A stretch of DNA of 63,912 nt, filler included, from Octopus bimaculoides (Eukaryota), in the NCBI RefSeq assembly GCF_001194135.2. It is 6 parts of 5 records of this genome, joined end to end, with 100 filler letters (N's around TTAATTAATTAA, not from the genome) between each part and the next. Parts side by side here need not be neighbours in the genome. Positions count along the whole stretch, not along the records: positions 12,026 to 25,133 come from NC_068981.1; positions 25,234 to 35,179 come from NC_068982.1; 4 more parts are not named here. One strand, 5' to 3'. A model generated the notes under the pieces. It had not been told where the DNA came from. It made no database searches and saw only the letters and a list, made by a program, of their open reading frames with translations. The position numbers and the translations under genes are program-made. The stretch's first letter is position 1. Every line of letters starts with the position of its first letter. This document shows positions 13,606 through 25,297 of the stretch, piece after piece.

Positions 13606-14274
13606 ATCTAATTCCAACAAGACTATTTTGAATGGTTGTGTAAAACTCTAGTAGGTTAGTATGAAAGAATTAGCTAACATACATTTTATATTCGTAACCC
13701 TCTGCGATAATTTTCTTTGACTTTTAAACATACTGTAAATATTCAATGAAAGTAAATAAACTAATTTAGTAAATAATTTCTCTTTCTTCATTTTCTTCAA
13801 CTTGTTAATGAAATTTGTTTCTGTAACCATGAAACTGTTTTTATAGCAATGAAAAAGAACACGAACTTATTATCTTCTACATGCATTTACGTTTCAACAT
13901 GTTCGTTTCAGCGTCTTGGTGTATATAATTCATCACAGTGTTTATGCAGCCTGAGTTAAGATTTATGTAAAGTGATAATACTTATAATTAAGTTATAAGT
14001 GACGGGTTTATCACCATAGATTCCTACTCAAGAAATAGAATATATTTATTATCTATTTCAAGTTGAAACCATACAAATAAGATAATCTCAGCCCATTATA
14101 TGAGTTAGATAAATCACCCTTATAAAAGTGGTAACTCACACTGTTATAATATATATATATATATATATAGATTCAAGGCTTGAATATGGTACTTATGCGA
14201 AGGCACCCGAATATCGCATCCCAAAAGGATGGGTGATTAAAATCAAACAATAAGCAACACGGATTTCAAAAGTG

Positions 14275-14342
14275 ATTGCAGTACGCACGTTTCATGCTAC
14301 TTCAATTTATTTAAGTAATGTGAGCATTACCTTAAATGCAAT
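14275..14342 (-). ncRNA. Degenerate minimal type-I hammerhead ribozyme (core eroded)
   Basis: Minus strand reads attgcat-TTAAGGTA-atgctcac...gtagcat-GAAA-cgtgc-GTA-ctgcaat. Stems I and II pair and GAAA/GUA are intact, but CUGANGA is mutated. Confidence 0.5.
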
Positions 14343-14902
14343 ATGAAGAGCAATCTNNNNNNNNNNNNNNNNNNNNNNNNNNNNNNNNNNNNNNNNNNNN
14401 NNNNNNNNNNNNNNNNNNNNNNNNNNNNNNNNNNNNNNNNNNNNNNNNNNNNNNNNNNNNNNNNNNNNNNNNNNNNNNNNNNNNNNNNNNNNNNNNNNNN
14501 NNNNNNNNNNNNNNNNNNNNNNNNNNNNNNNNNNNNNNNNNNNNNNNNNNNNNNNNNNNNNNNNNNNNNNNNNNNNNNNNNNNNNNNNNNNNNNNNNNNN
14601 NNNNNNNNNNNNNNNNNNNNNNNNNNNNNNNNNNNNNNNNNNNNNNNNNNNNNNNNNNNNNNNNNNNNNNNNNNNNNNNNNNNNNNNNNNNNNNNNNNNN
14701 NNNNNNNNNNNNNNNNNNNNNNNNNNNNNNNNNNNNNNNNNNNNNNNNNNNNNNNNNNNNNNNNNNNNNNNNNNNNNNNNNNNNNNNNNNNNNNNNNNNN
14801 NNNNNNNNNNNNNNNNNNNNNNNNNNNNNNNNNNNNNNNNNNNNNNNNNNNNNNNNNNNNNNNNNNNNNNNNNNNNNNNNNNNNNNNNNNNNNNNNNNNN
14901 NN

Positions 14903-14963
<61 letters not shown>

Positions 14964-15231
14964 TATATATACACATATACCTATATATGTACATATATAT
15001 ATATATTGTATATGAAATCAACCCCTTATAAAGACTCATTTCATTACTTATCCATTGCAATTTAAACATTAGAGTCTGTTAGATGTGTAGAAAAGGTGTG
15101 GTTTCCACTTCTTTTACAGATTCTTTATTAAAAATTGATGACATAATGACCGATATAGTGACAGGTGTTAGTCAAGGCCCTGTCCATACAATCAAGCAGC
15201 ACTCAGCAGTGTTGTTGTATAAACAGGGTGG

Positions 15232-15309
15232 TCAGTGGCAGTTGTAGTCAGGCACTGGTAGCCAGTAGGTAGCCAGCAATGGTGGGTGTGGTATAATCAC
15301 CCTGGTATT
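15232..15309 (-). CDS. Candidate terminal exon of an unknown host gene (NTRVIIPHPPLLATYWLPVPDYNCH* or, in phase 1, EYQGDYTTPTIAGYLLATSA*)
   Basis: Acceptor tgtttatttatacAG, non-repetitive open frame, AATAAA at 15129-15124. No recognisable homology. Confidence 0.25.
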   Translation of the reverse strand, partial: NTRVIIPHPPLLATYWLPVPDYNCH

Positions 15310-15958
15310 CTGTATAAATAAACACAGAGCAGTTAAAACAAAGAGCGTAGTGTTATGTACTATAATAACAGCTGGCAGCGAACCAGTGTAGGTGGCATGG
15401 TCGGATTTCGCTCAATGACAGCTATGAGCATTCTGATGGGTTGTCTGCCAAGGCTGTCTGATTACAGGTATTCATTGAGTGCTTGCTAGGTGCTGCTCAG
15501 TTGTATATAGGCAAAGCTTTATGTATCAAAAATATTTCACCTAAAACTACATTTCCTAAATCAGGGTACATCTTCCATGATGCAGAGTCTACCATGCTGC
15601 AGAAGACTTTAAATGCCACAACACAGTCCAGTACAACCATTTCTATGGCTTCAGCACCATTTTCCCATTTACCTGATTATAAATTTCCAATTACTACCTC
15701 TCTGTATCTTCCCTCTTGTTAGTGAAGAGTTTTATTTGTCTGTTTTTATTGCATCATCATCATCATCATCATTTTTTTATATATTCTTATTTTAATAGCA
15801 AAACAGAGGGAAATACAACAAAAGATAATGTATATTATTTGATTTCATTTACGGTTCATGCATTTGGAATTTGTGGTACTGAAGATTCTAAAGTTACAAT
15901 GTTATTATTTTTATATCCTTTTGACTTAGGAAGATATAGAAAAAATTAATTAATTAAA

Positions 15959-16123
15959 ATAGGTGCAGGTGTGGCTGTATGGTAAAAAGTTTGCTTCCCA
16001 GCCACATGGTTCCAGGTTCAGTTCCACTGTGTGGTACCTTGGGTCAGTGTCTTCTACTATAGCCTCAGACTGACCAAACACTTGTAAGTGAATTTGGTAG
16101 GCAGAAACTGAAAGAAGCCTATC

Positions 16124-16155
<32 letters not shown>

Positions 16156-16341
16156 TTGACTGCCCATCATTGCTTGACAACCAACGTTGGTGTGTTTACA
16201 TCCCCATAACCTAGTGGTTCGGCAAAAGAGTCCGATAGGATAAGTACTAGGCTCACAAAAGAATAAGTACTGGGGTCGATCTGTTCGACTGAAGGCAGTA
16301 CTCCAGCATGGCCGGAGTCAAATGACTGAAACGAATAAAAG
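15959..16341 (+). mobile_element. tRNA-derived SINE family A, full length
   Basis: Head ataggtgcaggtgtggctgtatggtaa (A box) and ggttcagttcc (B-box-like), internal (TG)n, tail ccagcatggcc..gtcaaatgactgaaac. Confidence 0.9.
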
Positions 16342-17344
16342 AAAAAATTAAAATATTGTGAAATTACAGATATAAGGGGTTACCACAAGCTTCTATGTGC
16401 TTAGGACCTCTGTGGGTCTTAATCCACGTCTGACTTCAATTTCTTAACTTCCATCATTTTTGAATTGCAAACGGTTGATGAGAAAGACAGAGAAAGAGGT
16501 GCCTTCCTTGTTCTTCCATTTCATTGCTGCAACTTGTGGCGGACGCATTTTCTTCTTCTCCTCATCTTTCCATGTCCCATGCTAGCATTAGTTAAATTGT
16601 GTGTGTGTGTGTGTGTGGTAGGGCATATGTACATTTGTGTGAGTGTTTGTGTCTCCTAATCCATCAAATACAGGATTATAGTAGTTTCAGCTGAGATCTA
16701 CAATTATTATCTCGTGTGTCCTTCGTTTTTTTTAAAAATTTTAGTGGCAATTTGGATCTCTCCAAATCTCCTCCATAACAAATGCCCCCAGCTCTTCTAC
16801 CCCCCCCCCCNNNNNNNNNNNNCCCCCCCCGACCTGAACAGCCACCTCAGGTACTCACACTCTTCATACCCACCAAGATTAAAAGGCTCAGTCACTGGCT
16901 ACAGATCTACTACTCAGATGTGAGTTAACACTAACGAGTGTGAATCTGTTTTGAGAAATTTAGCTGCTATTTCTAGCAAGTGAGACAATCCCATAGAGGC
17001 TTCTTTATTAGCTCATTTGTTCAATTTTATTAAATGTTTCATAACAAAGAAGGTCTTTACAGTCTGATAAATCTTATTGTAGAAAACACAATTAGTAACA
17101 TAATTACATCTCTTGTTATCTTGATAAATTTTTCCATTTTCAGCATGATAGGATTTTAATTAAGATATCATTTGAAGTGAATCTATGTGTGAAGATTATT
17201 GCCTTTTTTAATTACTAGCAACAGTTGTTTAAAAAAACAAAATGTTATTTACATTCTTTGGTAAATCAGTCTAAATTTTAAATGGATGACTTTGATTGTT
17301 TAAAACAAATTGTTGTTATTATTATTATTATTATTATTTTTATT

Positions 17345-17418
17345 AGTCCTCAGTCAAATCGTCCAACCCATGCTAGCATGGAAAGCGGACGTTAAACGAT
17401 GATGATGATGATGATGAT
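17345..17418 (+). mobile_element. RTE 3' terminal fragment with (GAT)n tail, inserted in (ATT)n
   Basis: Near-identical to 13544-13605. Confidence 0.9.
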
Positions 17419-17430
17419 ATTATTATTATT

Positions 17431-17642
17431 AAGGTACTGGCAGAATCGTTAGCGTACAGGGCGAAATGCTTGGCGGTATTTCGCTTGCCACTACATTCTG
17501 AGTTCAAATTCTGCCAAGGTCGACTTTGCCTTTCATCCTTTTGGGGTCGATTAAATAAGTACCAGCTACGTACTGGGGTCAATGTAATTGAAAAATCCCC
17601 ACATCCCCCAAGCTGCCCTTGTGGCAAAAATTTGAAATAATC
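17431..17642 (+). mobile_element. SINE family B
   Basis: aaggtactggcagaatcgttagc...ctgagttcaaattctgccaaggtcgactttgcctttcatccttttggggtcgat. The central block recurs at 35.9 and 43.9 kb and resembles, from memory, the conserved Nin/Sauria-type SINE domain. Confidence 0.85.
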
Positions 17643-18004
17643 AATAATATTAATAGGCCAACTTGTTGTTTTTGTATGTCTGTACCTGTGGTGTGTGTAA
17701 CACTTTACCTCAAAAGAAGTGAGAGGCAAAGCAGGAGAGAGGAAGTGAGAGAGAAAGAGAGAGTGAGAGAGACAGTGAGTGGTGACGGCGTTCGTTTTGT
17801 GTTTTTAAATGATTATCACATTGCAAGAAAAGTTGATACATAGATATATAGACACATTGTTAAATTAAAAGTGGAAGGGAGGAGGGACACAGGAAGTGAG
17901 AGAGACAGTAGATACAAAGATCGAAAGAAAGTTGATACATAGATACATTGTTAAATTAAAGACAACTACAGCAAATATTGGATATCACTTTCACTTTTCA
18001 TTAC

Positions 18005-18275
18005 CACACGAGGATAAAATTAATTTGCAAATGACTGAGTACTCCACAGACATGCATACCATAAGGGAGTTCTCTGGGAGATTCAGCCTCACACAGAATG
18101 TGACAAGGCTGGCCCCTTTAAATTACAGCTACAACTCATTTTTGCCAGCTGAGTAGACTGCAGTAAGGTGAAGTAGAGTACCTTGCTCAAGAAAACAGTG
18201 CGCTGCAGGGAATCATATTCATGACTTTACGATCGTGGGCTGAATACCCCTAACCACTGAGCCATGCACCTTCAC
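18005..18275 (-). mobile_element. tRNA-derived SINE family C
   Basis: Reverse-complement match to 48598-48920 (tgtgacaaggctggccc, ctgagtactccacaga, cttgctcaag). Confidence 0.8.
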
Positions 18276-19315
18276 TCTCTTAACTATAGAGAAAAGAATT
18301 GAAGCGATAGAGACAGAGAAAGGAAAGCCTCAGTCATTTACAATGATAATTAGACTGAAATACAATTAATCTTTTCTAGCTTCTTTACATTTAACAATGA
18401 AGAAGCGGGAAAGACATTTAGTAATGAATAGAGGGAAAGTCTTTCAGGTGCTTACTTTTTTATTGTGAGAGTTCTAGAATGATCCAGTGTTAGTTCTCTC
18501 TTCTTTCCCTCACCCCCGGTACTTATTCGCTTTCTTTCATAGTTCTTCATGTCTTTCATAGTTCTTCATGTCTTTCATAGTTCTTCATTTCTCATGGCAA
18601 CAGCACACAAATTACAGATGCTTACATTTTTTATGTTTCCCGTGAATTTTTCACGGGTCCAGCTCGTTATTATTATTAAGGTAGCGAGCTGGCAGAATTG
18701 TTTGCACGCTGGTCAAGATGCTTAATGGCATTTCTGGTGCACATTGTGCATTTCTTTGGTGTTCGTATGTAATAGTCAAATGAAGTTACAAATGCTGTGT
18801 CCTGTCGGTGTTAGCACTGAATTTCTGACACTATATTACAGGAATGCAAAGCAAGGCATTGTGTGATAGAGAAGTTTAACTATAACAGTCGGTAGTTAAA
18901 GCGAAGCAGATCTGTAAGTCAAGTCAGAATGCATGTGTGAATTGTCTTTTTGTGGGTGTGTCGATGTTAGTTGTTTCCCTGTCAAGTTCTCTGTGTGTGT
19001 GTCAGGCATCTCACTTTGCTGTAAGATTCTCTCTGCCTGTCTCAAAGAAGTTTGTATATTTTATGCCTGAACTGATAAGCTAGAAAAATAGCTATATAGA
19101 ACAATAGCTTTACCAAATCCACTTGATCTGTGCGATGGCACTGAAGAAAAGGCCACAGATCAAGTGGAACACCCGTTTGACATTTGAATATGCCCAAGGA
19201 GAATTGAAAGATTCAGTTTCGAATCTGAACCAGGGTGGGACTACATGTACAGATTTGCTGTTTTTACTTTCATTTTGACAGACAGACAGACAAACAGAAA
19301 TTCAATTTTATATTC

Positions 19316-19716
19316 TTTTATTCTTTTACTTGTTTTAGTCATTTGACAGCGACCATGCTGGAGCACCACCTTTAGTCAAACAAATTGACCCCAGGACTTA
19401 GTCTCTGTAAGCCTGGCACTTGTTTTATCGGTTACTTTTGCCAAACTGCTAAGTTACAGGGACATAAGCACACCAACATTGGCTGTCAAGCAAAGGTGGG
19501 GGGACAAACACAGACACACAAATACATCCATACATACATATATATATACATATATATACAATGGGCTTCTTTCAGTTTCCATCTACCAAATCCACTCACA
19601 AGGCTTTGGTCGGCCCGAGGCTATAGTAGAAGACACTCGCCGAAGGTGCCATGCAGTGGGACTGAACCCGGAACCGTGTGGTTGGGAAACAAGCTTCTTA
19701 CCGCACACCACTCCTA
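19316..19716 (-). mobile_element. SINE family A, full length
   Basis: Reverse-complement match to 15959-16341, with an internal (CA/TA)n tract. Confidence 0.9.
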
Positions 19717-20439
19717 TATTACACATTTAAATTTTGATGAGTGAGAACAGAGAATTGTGCAAGATTCAGTGACACTATTTTGCTTTAACTGACTGAAAAT
19801 TTATGTGGTGTTTCATTATTTCTGACAGTAACTTATTGATGTATGTATGCGTGCATGCACATACATAGATATTTGTATGCATGCTACTTACTTGTTTGAA
19901 TATGTGGGGAGTGCATTATCCAAATTGTTCTTTATTTAAAATGGTAGAGTATAAGTTGAGGAAAAATTGGCTGCTATATCCTGCTGGCTGAACACCTTCC
20001 AGAAGTTTTCATTTTTTTTCTGCACAAAGTAGACTTTGTTGTTGCATGTTCTCAGATGAGATAATGAAAGGTGTTCTTCTCACAACAACCCCACCATTTG
20101 TATATTAGAAACCATATTGTTAAGTATAATTTTTATTGAAGACAGAAGGGTGTAATAAGAGTTTATGGCTGCTGTTTTCAGAGGGCTGAGTGACCTTGTG
20201 TTTGCTCCATTTTAACAGTATTGTCTGCCATTGAACAATTTTCCTCTTTCTTCTGTCTTACAGTTTCTATATCATATCTTCAGAGTAGGTAGCTGAAGTA
20301 ACAGGTTAGTTAATTCATCAGTCATTTTTAGAGACGGTGTGACATGTTGACTTAGTTAGGGGCGGTTTCAGTTGTTTATATGCCATATATACATATTGGT
20401 ATGTTAGCAGTATCATTAGCAATTTCAGGATGGTGGAGT

Positions 20440-20640
20440 AAGAGAAACGGTAAAGCATCTAGCGAAACGCCTTATAATATTTAGTTACATCTCTTCATGT
20501 CCTGAATTCAGTTCTCACTAGGAAACCAACTTTGTCTTTCATTATTCAATGGTGGGGTTAGATAAAATAAAGTACCAATCAAGTACTGGTGTGGATATAA
20601 TCAACTATCTGTCCCCTTAAAATTTAGGGGACCTTGTGCC
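20440..20640 (+). mobile_element. SINE family B, degenerate
   Basis: cctgaattcagttctc...caactttgtctttcatt...gataaaataaagtacca..tactggtgtggatataatcaact. Confidence 0.55.
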
Positions 20641-21121
20641 CCACGTTTGTGAATTTCATCTATATTTTTTATTTGTAAAAATAAAAGAAATAAGAATGTC
20701 TATAACTCATCAAATTTCTTAAATTTTTTTCTTCTCACTCCTTGCTATTGTGAAACATGAAGGTATTTCTCTATTGCTAACCAGACTCTGTTCATCATCA
20801 TCATCATCATCTTAGGCATCATTATCATCATCAGTTGATGTCTACATTTCCATGCCAGCATGGATCAGATGGTATTTGTTGAGGCAGATTTTATACAGCC
20901 AGATGCTTATCCAGTTGCCAACCCTCGCCTGTTTCCATGCAACAGAATATTTTGCCCTTTGACCAAACATGATTATCACAGAAAACTAGAAATGAACAAC
21001 TTTTCTTGCATGATGATGTCTAGACCCCCCCCCCCACACACACACACAGTCATGGGTGTGAACCCTTGTCACCATAACCAACGGAGTGCCAGTTATATCA
21101 TCTAATTAAATGCTGCTAATT

Positions 21122-21501
21122 CTTTTATTCTTTTGTTTCCGTCATTTGACTGCAGCCATGCTGGAGCACTGCCTTTAGTTGAACAAATCGACTCCTGGAC
21201 TTATTCTTTGTAAGTCTAGTACTTATTCTATCAGTGACTTCTGCTGAACCGCTAAGTTACGGGCACGTAAACACACCAACATTGGTTGTCAAGCGATAGT
21301 GGGGGAACAAACACAGTCTCACACACACACACACGCACACACACACACATACACGACAGGCTTCTTTCAATTTCTGTCTACCAAATCCACTCACAAAGCT
21401 TTAGTAGAAGACACTTGCCAAGGTGCCACGCAGTGGGACTGAACCCAGAACAATGTGGTTGGTAAGCAAACTACTTACCACACAGCCACTCCTGCACCTA
21501 T
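21122..21501 (-). mobile_element. SINE family A, full length
   Basis: Reverse-complement match to the family A copies. Confidence 0.9.
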
Positions 21502-21798
21502 TCTTTACAATGCAAACTTAGCTCTACTTTTTATATCAGATGCACAGAACAATCTGTTCTCAGTCTGTAGCTTGTGTTTAGCAGATTTAAATATTAAATT
21601 GTATCCCCCCCCCGCCTCACTGTGTGCCTACTTTAATTGGATTACTCATTAAGCTACTCACTCTTAATCACTCTTTATATGCTTGTTTCCCATGATTCTG
21701 CAGATAAAGCAATTTACAGGCTGTTGGGTACTTACCAGGCAGACGTGTAGTCTTTTTGATCCTCTACCTTGCTTTGGATGTCGTAGTAGTGATTGTGG

Positions 21799-22181
21799 TT
21801 TTACTTGTTTCAGTCCTCAGACTGCGACCATGCTGGAGCATCACCTTGAAGTATTTTAGTCAAATGAATTAATCCTTGTACTTTGTTTTTATTTTTTTTT
21901 TTTTGTTAAAGTCTGGTATTCTATCGGTCTCTTCTGCCGAACTGCTAAGCTACAGGGGACATAAACACACCAACACCTGTCCTGGGGGATAAAGACAGAC
22001 ACAAGGACATGCATACACACACACACACAATGGGTTTCTTTCACTTCCAGTCTACCAAATCCACACACTAAGCTTCAGTCAGCCCACGGTTATGTTAGAA
22101 GACACTTGTCCAAGGTGCCAGATAGTGGGACTGAACCCGGAACCATGTGGTTGAGAAGCAAGTTTTTTACCACACAATCCA
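21799..22181 (-). mobile_element. SINE family A
   Basis: Reverse-complement match to the family A copies. Confidence 0.85.
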
Positions 22182-22199
22182 CACACACACATACATTGT

Positions 22200-22395
22200 T
22201 TGAAAGACCTTTGGAGATATGCAGTGCTTGAGAAGACTGGCAAGCCAAGTGAGACCGTAACCCGTGGCTTATGCCAGGGGTGTATAACAAACCCACTTAT
22301 GAGTACCCTTCATTCATTGCTTGCGAAGACCTGTTGTGGCAAGTAAAATCAAAATCGCTGATGTGGCTGATGACTGTACCGCCTGATTGGCACTC
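22200..22395 (+). mobile_element. RTE ORF2 end / 3' UTR fragment
   Basis: gacctttggagatatgcagtgcttgagaagac...cttgcgaagacctgttgtggcaagt matches 63140-63300. Confidence 0.8.
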
Positions 22396-22396
22396 G

Positions 22397-22430
22397 AGAT
22401 GAGGACAAATATCTGTCAAATGTAAATAAT
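22397..22430 (+). mobile_element. Isolated tail of the tRNA-hammerhead element
   Basis: agatgaggacaaatatctgtcaaatgtaaataat matches 50943-50974 and the reverse complement of 50527-50560. Confidence 0.75.
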
Positions 22431-22452
22431 ATAAATAAGATGTTGTTGTAAA

Positions 22453-22852
22453 TATAGGTGCAACGTGGCAGTGTGGTAAGAAGCTTGCTTCCCAACCACA
22501 TGGTTCCGGGTTCAGTCCCACTTTGTGGCACCTTGGGCCATTGTCTTCTACTATAGCCTCAGGCTGACCAAAGCCTTGTGAGTGGATTTGGCAGATGGAA
22601 ACTGAAAGAAGCCTGTCGTATATATATGTGTGTGTGTGTATTTGTGTGTGTGCGTCTGTGTTTGTCCTCCCCACCATCACTTGACAACTGATGTTGGTGT
22701 GTTTACGTCCTCAAAACGTAGCGGTTCAGCAAAAGAGTCCGATAGAATAAGTACTAGGCTTACAAAGAATAAGTCCTGGGGGTTGATTTGTATGTCTAAA
22801 GGTGGTGCTCCAGCATGGCTGCAGTCAAACGACTGAAACACATAAAAGAATA
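22453..22852 (+). mobile_element. SINE family A, full length
   Basis: tRNA-like head, accttgggc core, internal (TG)n, gtcaaacgactgaaaca tail. Confidence 0.9.
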
Positions 22853-23589
22853 ACCGGGATTTTTTTTTTCTGCCTTCTTTACCATAATACCTGAAAATGT
22901 CAAATAACGAAGAAATTCACATTTTGCAAACTACTAACAATTTTGATGGTTGTCAGTGTGTGCTAAGGATTGGCAATACTTTGGACACACGGACACACAT
23001 GCACACGTGTACAGAAAGAAAGAGAGTGAGAGAGAATTCTGTGAGTTCAATCTGATCTGTAGTTCACTCCTTTTTGGCATCGTTTCAGACTGTTACCCCC
23101 TACCTCCACCACCGTCATTTTACAGTCTTTCCTATCATTTTTCTTTTTCCATTTATTCCTTAGATGGTTAAAATATTTTAATAATCTCATTAGAATGATT
23201 ATCTGTGAATTCTAATTATTGTTTATAGGTGTGGCATGGTTTGGGGTTCACTCTCACTGCATGGCACCATGGGCAAGTCCCTGCTGCTACATCCCCTGTT
23301 TAACCAAAGCCTTGTGAGTGGATTCGGTGGGTGGAAACTGAAAGAAGCCCCTTGTGTGTGTGCGTGTCTTTTCTTAACGTTGTGTGATAGTTGGAAATGA
23401 GTGTAACCGTCATACAAATAGTGCCCTTCATTTCCAGTCTCTTGTGAAAAACATGTCTGGCCATGTGGAAATATTACCTTACCTGAGGATGAGTGAGGGT
23501 TGATGACAGGAAAGGTATCTGGATGTTGAAAATCTGACGCAGCAAGTTCTAGGAGAAGTGGATGTCAAAATGATGATGAGAATATCCAT

Positions 23590-23679
23590 CCATCCACCTA
23601 TCTACCCATCTATCTATCTGTCTAGATGGATGGATGGATAGATAGACAGACAGATAGATAAATAAATAGACAGACAGAC

Positions 23680-23724
<45 letters not shown>

Positions 23725-23812
23725 CAGACAGATAGATAGATAAATAGATAGATAGACAAATAGATAGATAGATAGACAAAAAATAGATAGATAGACAGAT
23801 AGATAGACAGGC

Positions 23813-23847
<35 letters not shown>

Positions 23848-23864
23848 CAGATAGACAGACAGAC

Positions 23865-23895
<31 letters not shown>

Positions 23896-23962
23896 TAGAT
23901 AGATAAATACAGATAGATAGGTAGATAGATAGATAGGTAGATAGATAGATAGACAGACAGGC

Positions 23963-24014
<52 letters not shown>

Positions 24015-24050
24015 GGATGGATGAACATATATATATAGATAGATAGATAG
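23590..24050. repeat. (GATA)n/(GACA)n microsatellite
   Basis: Direct reading. Confidence 0.97.
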
Positions 24051-24406
24051 AGAGAGAGAAAGATTATTTATTTAAAGGTCAAAATACATGTATTAAAACC
24101 CAGATATACCTCTGCTTGCATTTTCGCAATGCAAAACCTGCTCCTACTTGTTTGAACATGAACTCACTGGGAAGCATTTGACTGAGCATACAAAATGTCC
24201 AGGAGGTAGTCTACATCCATAGCTAACAGTTGCATGCTGTCCTTCTCTTCCAGATTGTAAAAGCTTACCATAACATTTAATCTAAATACAGTGAAATTTT
24301 AAGATTTCATTTTTTTTTATGGGCATATATGGGTTAAAGTGCTACATGTATTAGTAGCGCTCTAATACATATATTGTGACCTTTAAATAAATAATATTTA
24401 TCTCTC
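24051..24406. mobile_element. MITE-like fold-back element with ~45-bp imperfect terminal inverted repeats
   Basis: attatttatttaaaggtca (24063-24081) is the exact reverse complement of tgacctttaaataaataat (24377-24395). Imperfect pairing extends on both sides. Confidence 0.65.
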
Positions 24407-24480
24407 ACCAGATGGAGTACTTTTTTTGTTGAATTTTCTTTCACGGATCACTACATTTTCTCTCTCTCTCTCCCTCTCTC

Positions 24481-24522
<42 letters not shown>

Positions 24523-24721
24523 GTAGATATGGTTAAAATCCAAGCTGTGTCCACTTGAATCACTTCTGCTTATTCCAGTTTTCCAAAATCTGTATGCAGA
24601 TGTTATATTTGTCTGAAGTATACATAAGAGTTGAAAAATACTGGAAAATATTCTCAGCAGAGTAATAATATCAAAATAGATGAATAAATAACACCAAGAA
24701 TATTTCTCAATCTCCTGTTTT

Positions 24722-24990
24722 CATAGATAGATAGATAGATATGTTTCTTTATTAGCCACACAATGCTCAACATAGAGGGGACAAAATACAAATGTAGAGT
24801 TTTTCTTTTCGAAGGGGGGCGAAAACAAAGCAGAAGAAAAAAACAAAAGTGGGGACAACGATGAAAAAAAATACATCGCAAAACGTTTGGGGTATTTACA
24901 AAAAATATGAAATAATACAGAAAATTCCCAATAAATGGGGAGGTTATCCGTGGAAAGAAAAACCTACGAAAAGACCACGGTAACCTCGGT
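24722..24990 (-). mobile_element. Probable L1/Tx1-type non-LTR 3' end with AATAAA and (TCTA)n tail
   Basis: Minus strand ends ...gtggctaataaagaaacatatctatctatcta after a T-rich 3' UTR-like tract. Family assignment is from recall. Confidence 0.45.
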
Positions 24991-25233
24991 CCTTAGTGTC
25001 ACAATTTGTTAAATAAAATTCCTTTTATTTATGCAAGAAACGTAAGTAACTCTCTGTTTACGAAATTTTAAAACGTTTTATAAAATCATGGTCAAGGTGG
25101 CTTCGTCATTTATACGTGCCATTCTTGCTACATNNNNNNNNNNNNNNNNNNNNNNNNNNNNNNNNNNNNNNNNNNNNTTAATTAATTAANNNNNNNNNNN
25201 NNNNNNNNNNNNNNNNNNNNNNNNNNNNNNNNN

Positions 25234-25297
<64 letters not shown>

